A stretch of 44,713 nt of DNA from Vermamoeba vermiformis (Eukaryota), in assembly GCA_045837725.1 (NCBI GenBank), contig JBEWZL010000150.1, forward strand, positions 1 through 44,713, written 5' to 3'. Each line of letters opens with the position of its first letter. Within the stretch, counting starts at the first letter, position 1. This document shows, piece by piece, positions 11,213 through 24,580 of the stretch. The notes below the pieces were generated by a model, which was not told the DNA's origin, ran no database searches, and saw nothing but the letters and a program-made list of their open reading frames with translations. The translations under genes and the position numbers were made by a program.

Positions 11213-12869
11213 TCTAAATTTAACTTAATTCAATTAAAAGAATTCAATTAATTTAAATTGTTCAAAAAAACGCGTTATCTTGATCAATAAGCTTAAACTG
11301 TTATTAACATCGTTTTTAATTCTAATTTAATATTGAATCAATGTTTAACTTACGTTGTATAGCTATACAAAGCAGCAAACTCAATTAACTTCTTATGCTA
11401 GTTGTGGTATAACAACGCGACTTCAATTCAATTCAATCAATTCACTTCGACTCACAATTTATGTCTTTAGCTGAAAGCTTTCTAATTTTTAGTATTAGTT
11501 CTCTCACGACCAATAGATAGAAATACCTTTTGTTGTATTTGAATCCAATGCATTTCGAACATACCTGACTGCAGCAGCGAATCCAGTGGCTGATAGCCAA
11601 CATCGGCGCTGCTCGTATTGAGGTTCCTCCTCCTCTTAATGTCATTGCCCAGCTTGTTTAGGTGGGAACGAGCAAGCCCAATCTCAATGTTGGTTGAGTA
11701 CGGCGTCAGCAAAGTCATGATCGAGCTGATCTCGCGTTCAAAGCATTCAATTGACGAACTGAAGATGCTGTTGAAGATTAAACTTGATATTCAAACGGAA
11801 TTAAAATCAATTTTTTGTGGTGATTCTTACCAGAAGGATTCGCGAGTGGACCAACACATGTGCAGCTACAAGGCTTACTTACTCTTTGTCGAGGTGTGAG
11901 CGACAAAGTGTATATGCGCCACTAATATAGCATCATTACGTTGGTCCATTGTGGTTGATAAAACAGATCTACAACAAATAATGAAGGCGATAGTTCTCTT
12001 TTGGTTGTCCCTCGGGCGAATCCACTCAAAACGCATGAATGAGTAGAATATACCTCACATATCTCATTGGTGCAGTTTCGACTCATTTGCACGATGAGGC
12101 ATGAAGAAATACCTCGTTAAGGCAGATCGAGTTCATTCACAGTTCTCGCTCGTGCAAATGGCGTAATATATTCGAAAGTTATTATATATTAACTTGATAG
12201 CTATATTCTGTATTTTGGTGAATTTTGCACGGTAAGGAGGTCGGTTGTATTTTTAGTTCTGATCTTATTGTGCCGAGTTCGACCACAACTGAGTTCAATT
12301 ACGATACGATAGTATTTAATTTTTTACTCAGCGCTCGACCATAACAGCATGTTGCTATGGGATAGTATTTAAATGAAAGGTAATTGAAGCAACCTGCAGT
12401 TAAGAATTTAATTTAAGAATTAATTGAGTAATGCTTTCGAATAAAGGCAGATAATATTACAAAAATTAAAATAATAAAAATTAATAAAATTATGCGTGTA
12501 GGAACTCCGCTGGGCCCCAGACTGGTTGGGAGACGAAAGGTCAAATTTTTTGATTGGCGCAAATAGAACCGGAAGTTTAAATTCATATTTTATCTCCGAG
12601 CCACCTTTAAATATTAATCGAAGAAAATGGTCGGTAAAAATATCACTTGCTTTACTATAAAAGGAATATGTTAAATTGAATCCCTTGAATTTAATAGAAA
12701 TTTCCCATTTTTCAGTAACAAAACCGATTGGGAAACTTTTTCTGATTTCACAATTACTCTCATTGAATAACACAACAGTGCTACGCTGCAGCTGGCAGTA
12801 AATTTGTTAGAGACTCTCTGACTGTTTTCACATTGAACGCTTTGACATTTGTTTCCAAACTGAATCAGA

Positions 12870-15106
12870 ATGGCAGGCAAGTAAACCACGGCACTAAATT
12901 CAAATTAACTTTAATAATACAATACTAAAAATTCGAATTGACAAATTTAATTTTTCAGCTGCGGCGATCCTAAAATATGTTTTGTGCCTATCGTTAATCT
13001 CACTCTCCTGGGCGAGTTTGACGCGACCACGACTAGGATTAGCGGCGACAGCGACCGAAAGATATGTTTTCTTCGCAGGCGGCTTTGACGGCGAAGCTCG
13101 TTCTAGCACGATCGACATCTACGACACAAAGACTTCGCACTGGACGACAGACAAGCTTAGCACTCATCGAGGTCATCTTCGTTCGACTAGTGTTGGCAAC
13201 TACGTTATCTTCGGCGGAGGGCAGTCCGATGACAATCAGCACGTGTATGACGTGTTGGATATGAATACTACTCCCTGGACCTGGTCTTCTGTCACAAAAA
13301 ATCCCGAGCGCGCTTTTCAAGCTGCAACCTCTGCCGGTCGATTTGCGCTTTTTTCCGGCGGATATAATGACGAGTATGACTTTGCCAGTTCCGTCGTTGA
13401 CATTTTTGACAGCGCCAATGGATCCTGGTCGACGGCTAATTTATCAATCGCTCGGTTTGGTCATGGCGCGACTTCCAATGGAACAATTGCATTGTTTGGC
13501 GGAGGTTCTGCCAACGGAACATTTTTAAGTCGAGTGGACATCTTCAACGCCGTCACCTTGCAATGGTCGACTTCCGAACTGAGCCAAGGACGAACGGACA
13601 TAGCAGCCACATCCGTTGGAAAGTTTGCATTGTTTGCCGGTGGTCGCATTAGAGGCAACACTCCGAGTGATGTTGTAGACATTTACGACTATTCGAGTGA
13701 AAAATGGTCAACGGCACAGCTGAGCGCACCTCGAATGATCTTCGCAGCTACAAATCTGGGAAAATATGCGCTGTTTGGAGGAGGATGTAATTACAAAGGC
13801 AAAATGTCGTACGTCGTTGACATTTTTGACTCCGAATCTGGTCAGTGGAGCACAACCGAACTTTCCGTTGCACGTGGAGATTTAGCAGCTGCGTCGACCG
13901 GAAACATTGCCTTTTTTGGTGGAGGAGGAGAGATTGACAATTCAATTGTCTACGACACTGTGGATGTATTTACTGTTGACAACCTTTTTATATCACCAGC
14001 ACAAGTGTTCGTCATAATTTTAGTGCCGGTAGTATTTGTAGGTGTCGCGGTGAATGTTTTTTACTTGAAGAAAAAAAACAGTCGCAGCAGTCAAGACAAG
14101 AACAGAGATCTAAACGAAATGGCTCCGCTCCTGCGATCTCAAGTAGAAAGTAACCCCGAAGGTAAGCGATTGTTCAAGTGTCAGTTGTCTTACAAATTTT
14201 CAGAGTCTTGGGAACAAATTGGTTCCGGTGGTAACGGGAAAGTATACCGAGGAAAAAAGCCCCAGCAATATGTCGCGATCAAAGTGCCAAAGGGACCAGG
14301 ACACGAAGAGCAACTAATACAAGAAACGAAAATCTTAATGTACGCCTGCGTCAATTTCAATTTTTTATTCATTTATTGATGTTGTTTCAGATCACTACGC
14401 CACAAGAATATCGTGAAGTTTCTGGAATTCAGGCGAGAAGGTGACACGATATACCTATTCATGGAATATATGAAGGATGGATCGCTGGAAGACATGATAT
14501 TTAAGGAAAAAGTTAAACTCGAAAAACCGCGGATTATCCAGTTGGCACTTGATGTAGCCCAGGGCTTAAGATATTTGCATTCGCTGAAACCTAAAATTAT
14601 TCATCGAGATTTAAAACCCGATAACGTGCTGGTACGTTCTTTCATTGTTATTTTTTCAATTTCTGATCGCAGATAAGCTGTACAATAACAAAAAGAGAGC
14701 CAAAATTTCAGACTTCGGAACAGCAAGACCCCTTACTGAGGATACAAAAGCCAAGACCCCATGTGGTACATTAGGTTACACCTCTCCAGAAATATTGGAG
14801 GAAAAGGGTCAAGACGAAAAAGTGGATATTTATTCGTAAGTCACACATCAAGTGCCATTGTATCATCATGTCAGCTTACAATACTCTAGGTTCGGTGTTC
14901 TTTTATTCGCGATGGTCACGAATACTCGTTTGCCTGTCATACTCAAAGAAGCGAACTTAAGAAATCGGCTCAATCAGCATGCAGCTCATACGGAGTTCAA
15001 CCAGCTCATTATCGACTGTTGCCAAACGGACCCGCAAGCAAGGCCGAATGCCGACGAAATCATCGAGTATTTGGAGAAAATGCAACCCAATAACACGAAC
15101 CAATAA
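12870..15106 (+). CDS. Kelch-repeat receptor-like Ser/Thr (TKL-type) kinase
   Basis: Signal peptide, ~6-7 FxGG...VDIFD...WST..LS..R repeats, TM segment, GSGGNGKV, VAIK, HRDLKPDN, DFG, GTLGYTSPE. Introns at 12877-12958 (GC-AG), 14340-14390, 14632-14678 and 14836-14890. Confidence 0.9.
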
Positions 15107-15140
15107 ATTTAACTTTATTTTTGAACCAACGAATCACAGC

Positions 15141-17275
15141 TTATGCCTGTTGAACTGTAAAATTGGTCAGTACGAGTAGTACTTGTAACTTTACTCAACG
15201 TACCGTTGAAAGAGACCTGCACAAAGTTCCAAGTCGACATCGTGTCCACAGCGCGGAATACAACGGTGAAAGCTCCAACATTGTCAGAGGTCGGTGCAGC
15301 TGAGATTTGAATCTCCGAAGGCGAGATTTGTTTGACAGTCACGAATGAAGGGAAATCGGTGTAAGCCAAAGTAGTGCACGAGTCAAATGATTCAATAGCT
15401 AGCGACATATGTTACTTTAAAGGTTCAGCAGCGAAATTTCACCGTTCCTGAACGATACTTACAATAGCACTTGATTGTTGCTAAGAAATCTTGGCCAACA
15501 GTCATCGTGTAGGCCGATTCGACCGCGAAGGCAGGAGGTTTGTTTAACAACTCTAAAGTTAAATATATGTTAGCTAAACCCTAATACATAAGGTTTGATG
15601 ACGCACTCTTGACGGCTTGCAATGGATCAACCCGACCAAATCCGAAAGAAGGATCCTAAGAAAGCTCTCGTCAGTAGCTATTGTAGGAAGGTTATATAAA
15701 TATATAAAGCAAATTATACCTTGCCCCACTCGCCAAGATCAACAGCAGTTGAAGTCAACAAACTTTGGATCTGTTGCGGAGTTTGATCTGCCTTGATGGA
15801 CCACAAAAGGGCGGCAACACCAGAGACGATCGGCGCTGCGAATGAAGTGCCTTCAAACATGCCAATATCTTGAGGAAAGTAGACCGACAAAACTTCAATA
15901 CCTAAAAAAATTGTTAGACCTTGGATGTGTTTTGGATGTGACTTACCAGGAGCTGAGATGTCGACATAGTTAAGGTAGTTCGATAAATAACCACGTTGAT
16001 CATTTCTATCCGTAGCACCGACAGTAAAAGCGCTATCATAAGCACCAGGATAATTCGCAATGTTGCCCTTATCGCCGTAGTTTCCAGCAGAGACAACGGT
16101 GAGAATACCTACATATTATATTAAACTCTGATGTAGGTGTCGGGTGTATGACTATGCGTACCTCGCGAGAGGAAGTACTTCATTGCATCGTCAAAAGGAG
16201 TGAACGGATCAGTACCCTAAACAACAGATTCGGATCAGTTTTTTGTTTTTGGTTTATCCTGCTAACACTTACACCAATGCTCAAGTTGATAATACGAGCG
16301 CCTGCATTAGCGATATCGTTCATACACTGCAAAATTCTGTTGTAGGGAGCAATATTGGTAGCATCGAACACGCGACCAATCATCAACTTAACTCCGGATG
16401 CTATGCTAGCGACACCTACGACAAGATATTAGTTTGAGTATAGACAACAGCTTCAATAACTTACCAGCATTATTGTTAGTAACAGCACTGATTACACCGG
16501 CAACAGCAGGTCCTAAACCACCAGATCAGTGAGCTAGATCTTAAGTTATTTTCTTTATTTTCATACCGTGGAACTCTTCTAACTTGGTAATTTGAGTGTT
16601 GCCATCGTTATCAACGTAATCGCGTTGCCAAACAACTTTTGAGCTGTCCAAATCCGGATGGTCGAACATAAATCCCGAATCGCAAATACCAACTTTCTAT
16701 AAAGTAATTCAATATTAGTTCCCTGTATTTTAAATCGATTTAGTGCGCCTACGATATCCGACTGAGCGGCGATATCGAATGGAATGATATCCCAAACTGC
16801 AGGCATGCCCAACTTTTGTAGATGCCATTCTTGATTGAAAAAAGGGTCGTTTGGGGCACCAGCGATCGATGCTACAATGAAAAATAGGTTAGTAAAGCAG
16901 GTTTGCTGACTTTCAGATGCAAGACAAAAACGTACCGAATCCGATCTCTTCAGCGTACTTGATTCTTGGATCCTTTCTTAACTCTTCAATAGCCAGATTA
17001 TCGGGTACCTATAAAGGGTAATGAATAACGCCGTAGGTAGATAATTTACATTTAACTAAAAATTATAGCAAATAAAGTAATTCGTAAAATACCTCGATTA
17101 CAAACCCATTAATATTAGGAAATTCATTTAGAATTTCTCCTAATTGACTAGCAATGTGCAACGAACGTTTGGCGCCATGAGACTCGTGAGGCTTGACGTA
17201 GACATTTCTAGCCTCAATTAACGCACCAACGGCTAAGATAGCTATTAAGACTAGGATAGCCTTGGTGGTCGACAT
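15141..17275 (-). CDS. Secreted S8 subtilisin-like protease 1 with C-terminal Ig/cadherin-like beta domain
   Basis: Signal peptide and short prodomain. Spliced motifs GICDSG, FHGPAVAG, VSAGN, GTSFAAPIVSG. Many ~50 nt introns; the 3' end is approximate. Confidence 0.85.
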
Positions 17276-17364
17276 ATTTTGTAGATCTGTTTGAATTGGG
17301 ACGCCTAGATAAAATCAAAAAATTATCAGAATCAAAGAAATTTCAACTGAACTTGAATTCCAAA

Positions 17365-17646
17365 GCTACTGCTACTACAACAACGCCTTCTGTTGGATCG
17401 ATTACTATGAGAACTATGTTAACTCGTCCCGTGGTGGCTATATTCTCGCTCGGATCTGCCAACTACATGTACGCGATGTTCACACTGGACGACAAGGGCA
17501 CCAGCGAAGTGTACACTCGTGTCTCGGACACTGGCTCCGACTGCGAGCGCAACTCGAAATGGAAGTTCAAGTCTACAGTAACGACAGCACTCGCTTCTCT
17601 TGGTCTATCGTGCCTCGCCATGACACTCTTTGCCTTGATCTTCTAA
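17365..17646 (+). pseudogene. Orphan 3' fragment of a membrane/GPI-anchored protein gene
   Basis: Coding-like composition ending in a hydrophobic tail (LASLGLSCLAMTLFALIF*). There is no room for a 5' part, since the subtilase ATG lies 90 nt away, and an internal frame change is apparent. Confidence 0.3.
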
Positions 17647-18053
17647 CCTCACTAAAGCCCTTTGTATATAATGTATTTGATTGAAGCGTAGTATTGTACA
17701 AATAAGCTGACCTTGGTTGAACTACGAAAATGGCCAGTCGATGGTACCATAGAATAAATATTCGATCAAAACGACACACTTGTTATAATTTTTTCTTGCT
17801 TGTATCTACAGTTAAAGTGTAGCTTGTATTGATTCCAAAGACTCAATGATTGATTCTATCTTTGGTCTTGATTGCAGTGACATCTGCCAGCATTGTTTCA
17901 TGACATCAGCGAGTTGAGGATGACACGACGATGGAATGACAGGTGCCAAACCTGTGTCTCTGATCAATCGACCAATCTCGATCGGATCTGCTTCGCTGTG
18001 AGGCTCTTGTCGTGCAATCACTTCGTACATAAGAATACCAAAGGACCAAATAT
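17645..18053 (-). repeat. Inverted duplication, right copy (partner at 35-435)
   Basis: Shares the DTGLAPVIP exon variant and the 3' flank with the copy at the window start. Confidence 0.9.
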
Positions 18054-20954
18054 CTGTAAAAACGTACTCATTTAGAGTGGTGAGTCAAAGTGTCAAATCT
18101 TACCTGATTTTGTGGAGTACTCTTTGTTCTTCAACGACTCTGGTGACATCCATCTGATTGGTCCAAGCTCTGACTTTGTCGTTCCGTGTTGTTTCTGTTC
18201 GTCAACGAGTCGTGACATGCCAAAGTCAGTCAGTTTTGGTTCGTTTCTGTGAAGTAACACGTTCCTCGCTGCAACATCTCTGTGCACGATGTTGTTCGAA
18301 TGCAAGTGACTGAGTCCTTTGGCGATGCCTGCGAGCCACTGAAGTTGATTTTGAAGTGATATCTCATCGTGCTTGTCATAGAGCTTGGCATCAAGTGATC
18401 CACCTTCACAGAACTCGATGATCAAAATGATGCTGTCTGTCTCTGGATGCACACTGAAGCCAAGCAGCTGAACGACATTTGGATGAGGTCTGAGTTGCAT
18501 CATGAGTTCGAGTTCAGCGATGACACTCGTGTTTGCTTGAGTCATGCTCACTTTGAGTGCAACTGTTGTGTTCTTCCAAGTGCCTTTGAACACTTGACCT
18601 GATGCTCCTTGACCAAGCTGCTCTCCGAAAGTGATCTGATTGAATGGAGTGAACCATGCTCCGAACCGTGCCTCGAGACCAACAGTGTTTGATGAGCCTT
18701 TCTTCTTGTGGCCGCGCCTTCTCTTGACCAATACGACTATCAGTGCTATGACACCTCCAATGACAACGACTACAGGCACAACAATTGCTGCTGCGAGCTC
18801 TCCGTCAGTCAGTGCTTGGCTGTTGTTCGGAGTTGTGTCATTGTTCGACGCATGAGGTGTGAGATCAACGATGACATCAGACTCGAGGATAACGGATGCG
18901 TTGAGGAACAATATCTCGTCCGTGTAATGTCCAAGTTGATAGTGCTTTCCTCCTGCCACCATGACTGTCCTATCCTGCAATCCTGTTGATATTGTTGAAA
19001 CGAAGTCGTATTGGAACGGTACTGTGTACCAGATTGATTTGTCGTTTAAATTCACCGCGTATGCCAGTCCGTCGCTGCCCAATGCCACTAGAGTATTGTC
19101 AACGATTGCAATTGATAACTTGTCTTGAGGCCTTGGCAGCGCATAAGTGTCCATGGTTCCAGTATTGATGTCGTACGTGTAAATCTTCATGAATTGTGAT
19201 CTAGTTGTTGAAATATGCATGACATTATCTTTAGTCACAAACTGCCATGTTGAATCTTCGCCTGGTTGTGGAACACGTTCGACAGAAGTTGAATTGACTC
19301 GATAGATTAATGAAACTACGAGGGCCGGTACATAGCCCACACCATCAACCACGGGCACTGTATTGTCGGTGAAGTAGGTGGGCATTGGGCCGTCAGGAAC
19401 TTGGAGCAATTCTCCGCTTGTCGTGTTGTATCGATAGGTGTACTTTCCCAGCAATGCAATGAGCACGTCATCAATGACCATCACTGGAGAGAAAGCTGTC
19501 CGAACATTATTGAACGGTACTTCTATGCTTGGCAGCCACGTTTTTGTCACGTAATTGTATACATTGATCTTTTGGTAGCGCAAGGAAGTTTTGAGTTGAA
19601 CAATTGCTGAACCATCTTCTGAAACTACGCTCACCGATGAAAAAGGCAGGTTAACCACTTGAGTGAAGTTGAACCACAATACTCTGCTACCCAAACTGAT
19701 GACATCTGTTCCAATCGCAAAATCGCCGATGAAATTGACAAGAATTGCTGCTGACATTTGCTGAGTTTCCGCGTTGTAAATCTGCGCGTTGCCGTTGACG
19801 AATAGAACTAATGTGCTTGGATCTATTGATACGACTGAGTCCCAAGTCACAGATATTGTGTTTGGTATTGTTGAGATTGATCTTGACGTCGAGTCGTAGA
19901 CACGCAGATCGTCTACAGGATTGTAAAAGATGTACTTGTCGAACCAACGATACGCCTTAATAATCTCTGCAGTTACGACGATTGAACTCCAAGATCCAGC
20001 TTCGTAGATATCAAGTGCAAAAATGTCATGGACAATCACTATTTGATTATCCCAGGACAGTGCTCTCTGAGTTATTCTTGCCGTCCAGTTGGCAACATTG
20101 GTGCTCCAATCAAAAATGCTGTATCCGGTTATATTGAACACAAACGCCACGTCACTGAGTACTACTGCCTGTGTCGGACTGTCTATGAGAACTTCGTGCC
20201 ATTCATCCGTGCCAAACTGATGCACAAAGTACCTGTCAGACGAGTACGCGACAAGTCTACCATGAGCTCCAGTGAAGCCAAAAGTCGAACTGAAAGTGCT
20301 TGCCGTGGTGACGCTGTTGAATACTGTCAAGTTGTGTGTATACGTGTCGTAGATCCACGCGTCATAGATCGATTCAAGTGTCGTTGTGTTGACACCTCCA
20401 ATGCCAACGATCAAGTTTTCATAAACGAGCTTGATGCCTCCACTGATTCCTTGCATCCACGAGGTTAGAGTTGGTATGTATTCCCATTGCTTCGAAGAGT
20501 TGAAGAAGTCAGCGGAGAACGCTCCGAGAACTGTCACTGTTGAGTTGTGATTCGAGACTTGAATAGGCGTCCGAACTGTTGGTCCACATCCAATATCTTC
20601 GTATTGATGTAAAGACGAGTTGTAAAGCATTGCACATGAATTTGGGAATTGAGTTCCGCCAACAAAGTAAATATTTTGACCGATGACAGCTGTTGAGATG
20701 AGTCCACGAGGCTCTTCCAAGAAAATTGGCTCTTCCCATTCTCCTGATGTTATATTGTATATTTCGACGATATTTGTGGCAATATAATCGTTGAACTCGA
20801 AGCCACCAGCAAAATAAAATTGATCTGCAACTCGGATCGCTCCTACTGCGTCACGTGGTGCAGAGAAGCGCTCTTTTTTAATCACAAGAGTGCTACGGGT
20901 AATTGTAAGGCACAGAGCTAATGCCAAGAGCGTTAAGATTATTGGATGTGCCAT
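17812..20954 (-). CDS. Receptor tyrosine kinase A with kelch/beta-propeller ectodomain
   Basis: Signal peptide, FYFAGG and IYFVGG kelch-like blades, TM segment, GQGASGQV, HRDVAARN, DFG, GPIRWMSPE (tyrosine-kinase-type VIb and VIII motifs). Single intron at 18054-18103. Confidence 0.95.
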
Positions 20955-21240
20955 TTATCCGTCCTGTTGCAAAAAATAATCAATTGATAAGTTTTATTAC
21001 TGCTTAAAAAGTAATAACACAAGAGAATCGTTTACAGAAAAAATCTTATTTCGGATGTTAGCCGGTTGCTCTACTGTGGCAGTGCACTTACTTGTTTCTG
21101 AATCATAGATAATTTTTGACTAAATACCAGGTAGGCAATTATTACTAGTGTGGTCTTGCGTTTCGATGGACGAATCAAAATCCTGGAAGGATTCCGGTTA
21201 TGATTTATTAATTTTCAAAAATTGCGATCTTATTGGCGCG

Positions 21241-21325
21241 AAACCTGAGTCTCTAATTAATCGTCCAATCTCAATAATCGGATCTGCTTCGCTGTACAGT
21301 CCTTCTTGCAGCACACTTGTACAAC
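21241..21325 (-). pseudogene. Decayed remnant of the RTK last exon
   Basis: aaacctgagtctctaattaatcgtccaatctcaataatcggatctgcttcgctgt aligns, with indels, to the EADPIEIGRLIRDSG-coding segment. Confidence 0.75.
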
Positions 21326-21547
21326 TCAAAACGAAAGAAAAAATAGGAATGAAATTCACAAGTTACCGTGAGGCAAAACCACCTCAAAACTGGCATCTTT
21401 TTGGTGTTGGAACATCTGGGAACTGACGACCGACACGTGTCGCAAAGTAGCCACAAAGTGCACTATTCCGACCAATTTCGCAACTTGCTGCATAGTTTAA
21501 AATTTGGATTGGTTGCAACCGAAACAGAGATCTACCTCGACGAGATC

Positions 21548-22006
21548 TTATTTGTTTATCAGATACAATAGCTGCTTCGATTTCATTTTAAAATCATAAT
21601 TCTTGCACAAAGTGCTCTTCTTGAAGAAGTCATTTGAGTAAACGAAGTCACTGGCACCTTGCAACAGTTCCTCAGTTTGCACGGTATTCACGGTCAAGCC
21701 GATCGTACGCAACTTGGTCGCAATAACTCCTTCGTACTTCTTCAAAAAGCTGTGCTCTGCTAGTGTTTCGTATTGAAGAATAATCTTGTTGTCGCACGCG
21801 CTGGATCCGCCGCACAAAGCAATAATTTCACGAATAGAATCGATGAATTGTTCAGTCGTCTCTTCGTCTGGTCGCTGTTCCCTTTCGCCGTAAAACACTT
21901 CAATAAGTTTCTCTTGCTGTCGTTGAACTTTGAACGTGACACTCGGAACGACAACTACTTGTGCTGGCATGTTATTGAACTCGTGTTCTTCACAAATAAC
22001 AAGCAC
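21548..22006 (-). CDS. Hypothetical protein (exon; 5' part unresolved)
   Basis: 152-codon ORF with protein-like composition preceded by a tttcag acceptor. No motif recognised. Confidence 0.45.
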   Translation of the reverse strand: MLVICEEHEFNNMPAQVVVVPSVTFKVQRQQEKLIEVFYGEREQRPDEETTEQFIDSIREIIALCGGSSACDNKIILQYETLAEHSFLKKYEGVIATKLRTIGLTVNTVQTEELLQGASDFVYSNDFFKKSTLCKNYDFKMKSKQLLYLINK

Positions 22007-22095
22007 CGAGCTGAAATTCTTAGAAGTAGCTGCGCACAGCGGTCTATCGATGAAACTGATCGTTCTTGGCTCGTGTTCTTTCTGTTCTTAACAGA

Positions 22096-22149
22096 ACCTT
22101 GCCCCACTCGCCAAGATCAACAGCAGTTGAAGCCAACAAAGTTTGGATC
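22096..22149 (-). repeat. 54-nt copy of a subtilase 1 exon end (15718-15771)
   Basis: accttgccccactcgccaagatcaacagcagttgaagYcaacaaaStttggatc, 2 mismatches between the copies. Confidence 0.9.
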
Positions 22150-22313
22150 CGTTAAGGTGCAACGACTATAGAATATTTTTAGCTTACGTATTCTTGGTTC
22201 ATCGCTTATTTTCGCCGGTTAGATTGGATCGGATGCGATCTGTTGTCAGTGTCGAATTCGGGTTTAATTATAGTCGTTGAAAATCCGCAATTATTTACAA
22301 TTTAGTTGTTACC

Positions 22314-24419
22314 TCACATGAAATATAATACAGGAATCAACGCAACCGCACTGAGGTAACTCAGCGACAAGTTGACGCCACTCGAATGCAAGTTTGAATC
22401 GTTGGGCGTAACAGGAGCTATCATGTTATTATTACTAGTAGGCGGCACAAAACCTAAGTCTAATTAATAACGGAATTAGCAACATGTTCGATCCGTGAAC
22501 GGTTAGATTGCACTTACCAGTCGGAATATTAACGATATTCAACAGTTCTATCATAATAAATATACCGTTAGAATATGTGCAATATGTCTCATATCGTAAG
22601 TAAATAGTTGAGTCTGACTTACTTCTCGCTGCTGCTAACGGATCAATTCGTCCGTAACCAAATGTCGAATCCTATACCGCACTTATTATTCTGAATATTC
22701 ATATATGAAAGATGTATTATCACTGACCTTGCCGGGCTCGCCAAGATCAACAGCAGTGCTCGAGAACAGATCCATTATCTCGCGTGGCTTCAATTCGGGT
22801 TTGACACTCAACATCAAGGCCGCTAAACCACTCACGACAGGTGTAGCCATTGAACAGCCGTACCATGCGTCGTACCCACTGTTCCTCACCGTACTCCAGA
22901 TATTAGATCCTGAAATAGCACTGATTAGAATTTACTAAAATGTGCCGAGTATTGATGCTCAGTCTTATTAACCATAAGTCCCTATATTCATATGGTATAA
23001 ATGGTATTAAACTAACGGTGTTATCTACAGAATAAAGAAATCGAGTACAGAGATTGAAAATTTAGATCCAATTCTTACCTGGAGAAGCAATGTCAATGTA
23101 ATCTCCGGTATTCGAGGCATAAAATCGCGCATCGTTTTGATCGATGTTTGTGACAGCAAAAGTGGTGTTATATGCAGCTGGATACCAAGGATTGTTTCCT
23201 TGCTCGTGATCGTTTCCGGCACAAGCCGAAACAAAAACTCCTAAAAATAGCATTCCAAATTAGTAAAAATGGAACAAATTGAGTGACAGTCACGTGCAAA
23301 TTAATATCGTTACCTTTCTCGTACAAGTACTCCATTGTTTCTCTCAACGGATCCCAGTCCATTGTGCCCTATGAATCTCGCTTAGTATGCATATAATAAT
23401 ACTCTCATATTATACTAATAGTACTTACCCCCACGCTTAATGATACAATGCGAGCACCATTATTTGCAGAGTCGAGCATACAGGCCATCAACTTCTCGTA
23501 ACCACCGCCTCCGTTGCTATCCCACATTTTGCCAATCATTAATGAAACTCCGTAAGAGACTCCAGCAACGCCTAAATAAGCATTTAATTAATATCGATTG
23601 GAATTTAGTGTTTTCGAACTTACCAATTGAATTGTTCGTGATGGCTGAGATCGTGCCAGCAACATGTACTCCTAAACCGTTTAATTAACAACGAATCCTT
23701 CATTTTAAAGATAACGTACCATGTCCGTTCGTACTATCATCTTGCGTATTTGCATCGTTCTCAGCGTAATCCCATTGCCAAACCACTTGCGATGAATCCA
23801 GATCGGGATGCGTAAAATCAAACCCCGTGTCGCAAATAGCAACCGTCTGTAAATTTTAGATTTTATTTGCTATATTTATAATGCTTACGATATTTTCTAG
23901 GCTAGTTAAGTCCCAGGGAATTAGATCCCAAACTTCTGGCATCCGCAACTTAGCAAGGTGCCACATATCTGGCAATTTGGGATCATTGGGAACATCCATT
24001 ACTCTACCAGTCATAGCTAAAGTCGGAATTAATATTGAGTTGAACTAATTAATCGCTTACCATTTGGGATCTCATCCACAAAAATTAATTCAGCGTGCTT
24101 TCTAATATTTTCAATAGGCACACTATCGGGTACCTAATTATTGATGTTATTAATAACTTGATAAAATGCATAAAAAAAGAATTCGTTTGATCTAAAATTA
24201 AAAGCGCCAAAATCTTTTTGCGATCAGATTTGGTTTTACCTCTATTACGAAGCCATTTACTTCTGGAAATGACCTGTGTATTCTTCCAATTTGGCTTAGA
24301 AGTTCTGTCGACCGCTTAGATGCAGTAGACGGATGCGGCTTGACATAAATTCTTTTTGCTTCGGCAACGAGCAACAGAGCCACAATTAATGCAAAAAAAA
24401 TCTTATGATTTGTGGCCAT
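22314..24419 (-). CDS. S8 subtilisin-like protease 2, probable GPI anchor
   Basis: Signal peptide, AICDTG, GHGVHVAG, ACAGN, YGCSMATPVVSG, FGYGRIDP, and a hydrophobic C-terminus. Intron positions are shared with the paralogues. Confidence 0.9.
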
Positions 24420-24580
24420 GTTCTCGGCTGAATAGTATAACTATATTTCTTTTTCGCAGTCTTTTGTCTTTCTAGAAAGATTTCCAAATTTGGATCGGGT
24501 ATAAAAACCGTGGATTACTTTCTAAGTAACGCAGGTGATCGCTCAACAAATAATCAAATGAAATAAATGTCGATTTATGG

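Noticed and set aside
11442-12170. Possible spliced minus-strand gene (gtaag donor at ~11831, ORF 11482-11718)
   Set aside because: No consistent open model or recognisable motif could be built; may be a decayed gene.
12420-12889. AT-rich minus-strand ORFs of 117 and 72 aa
   Set aside because: F/K/I/N-biased, non-ATG starts, and located in the upstream region of the kelch kinase.
13000-13980. Periodic ~145-nt repeats considered as a CRISPR-like or DNA repeat array
   Set aside because: Degenerate at DNA level and fully explained by kelch protein repeats.
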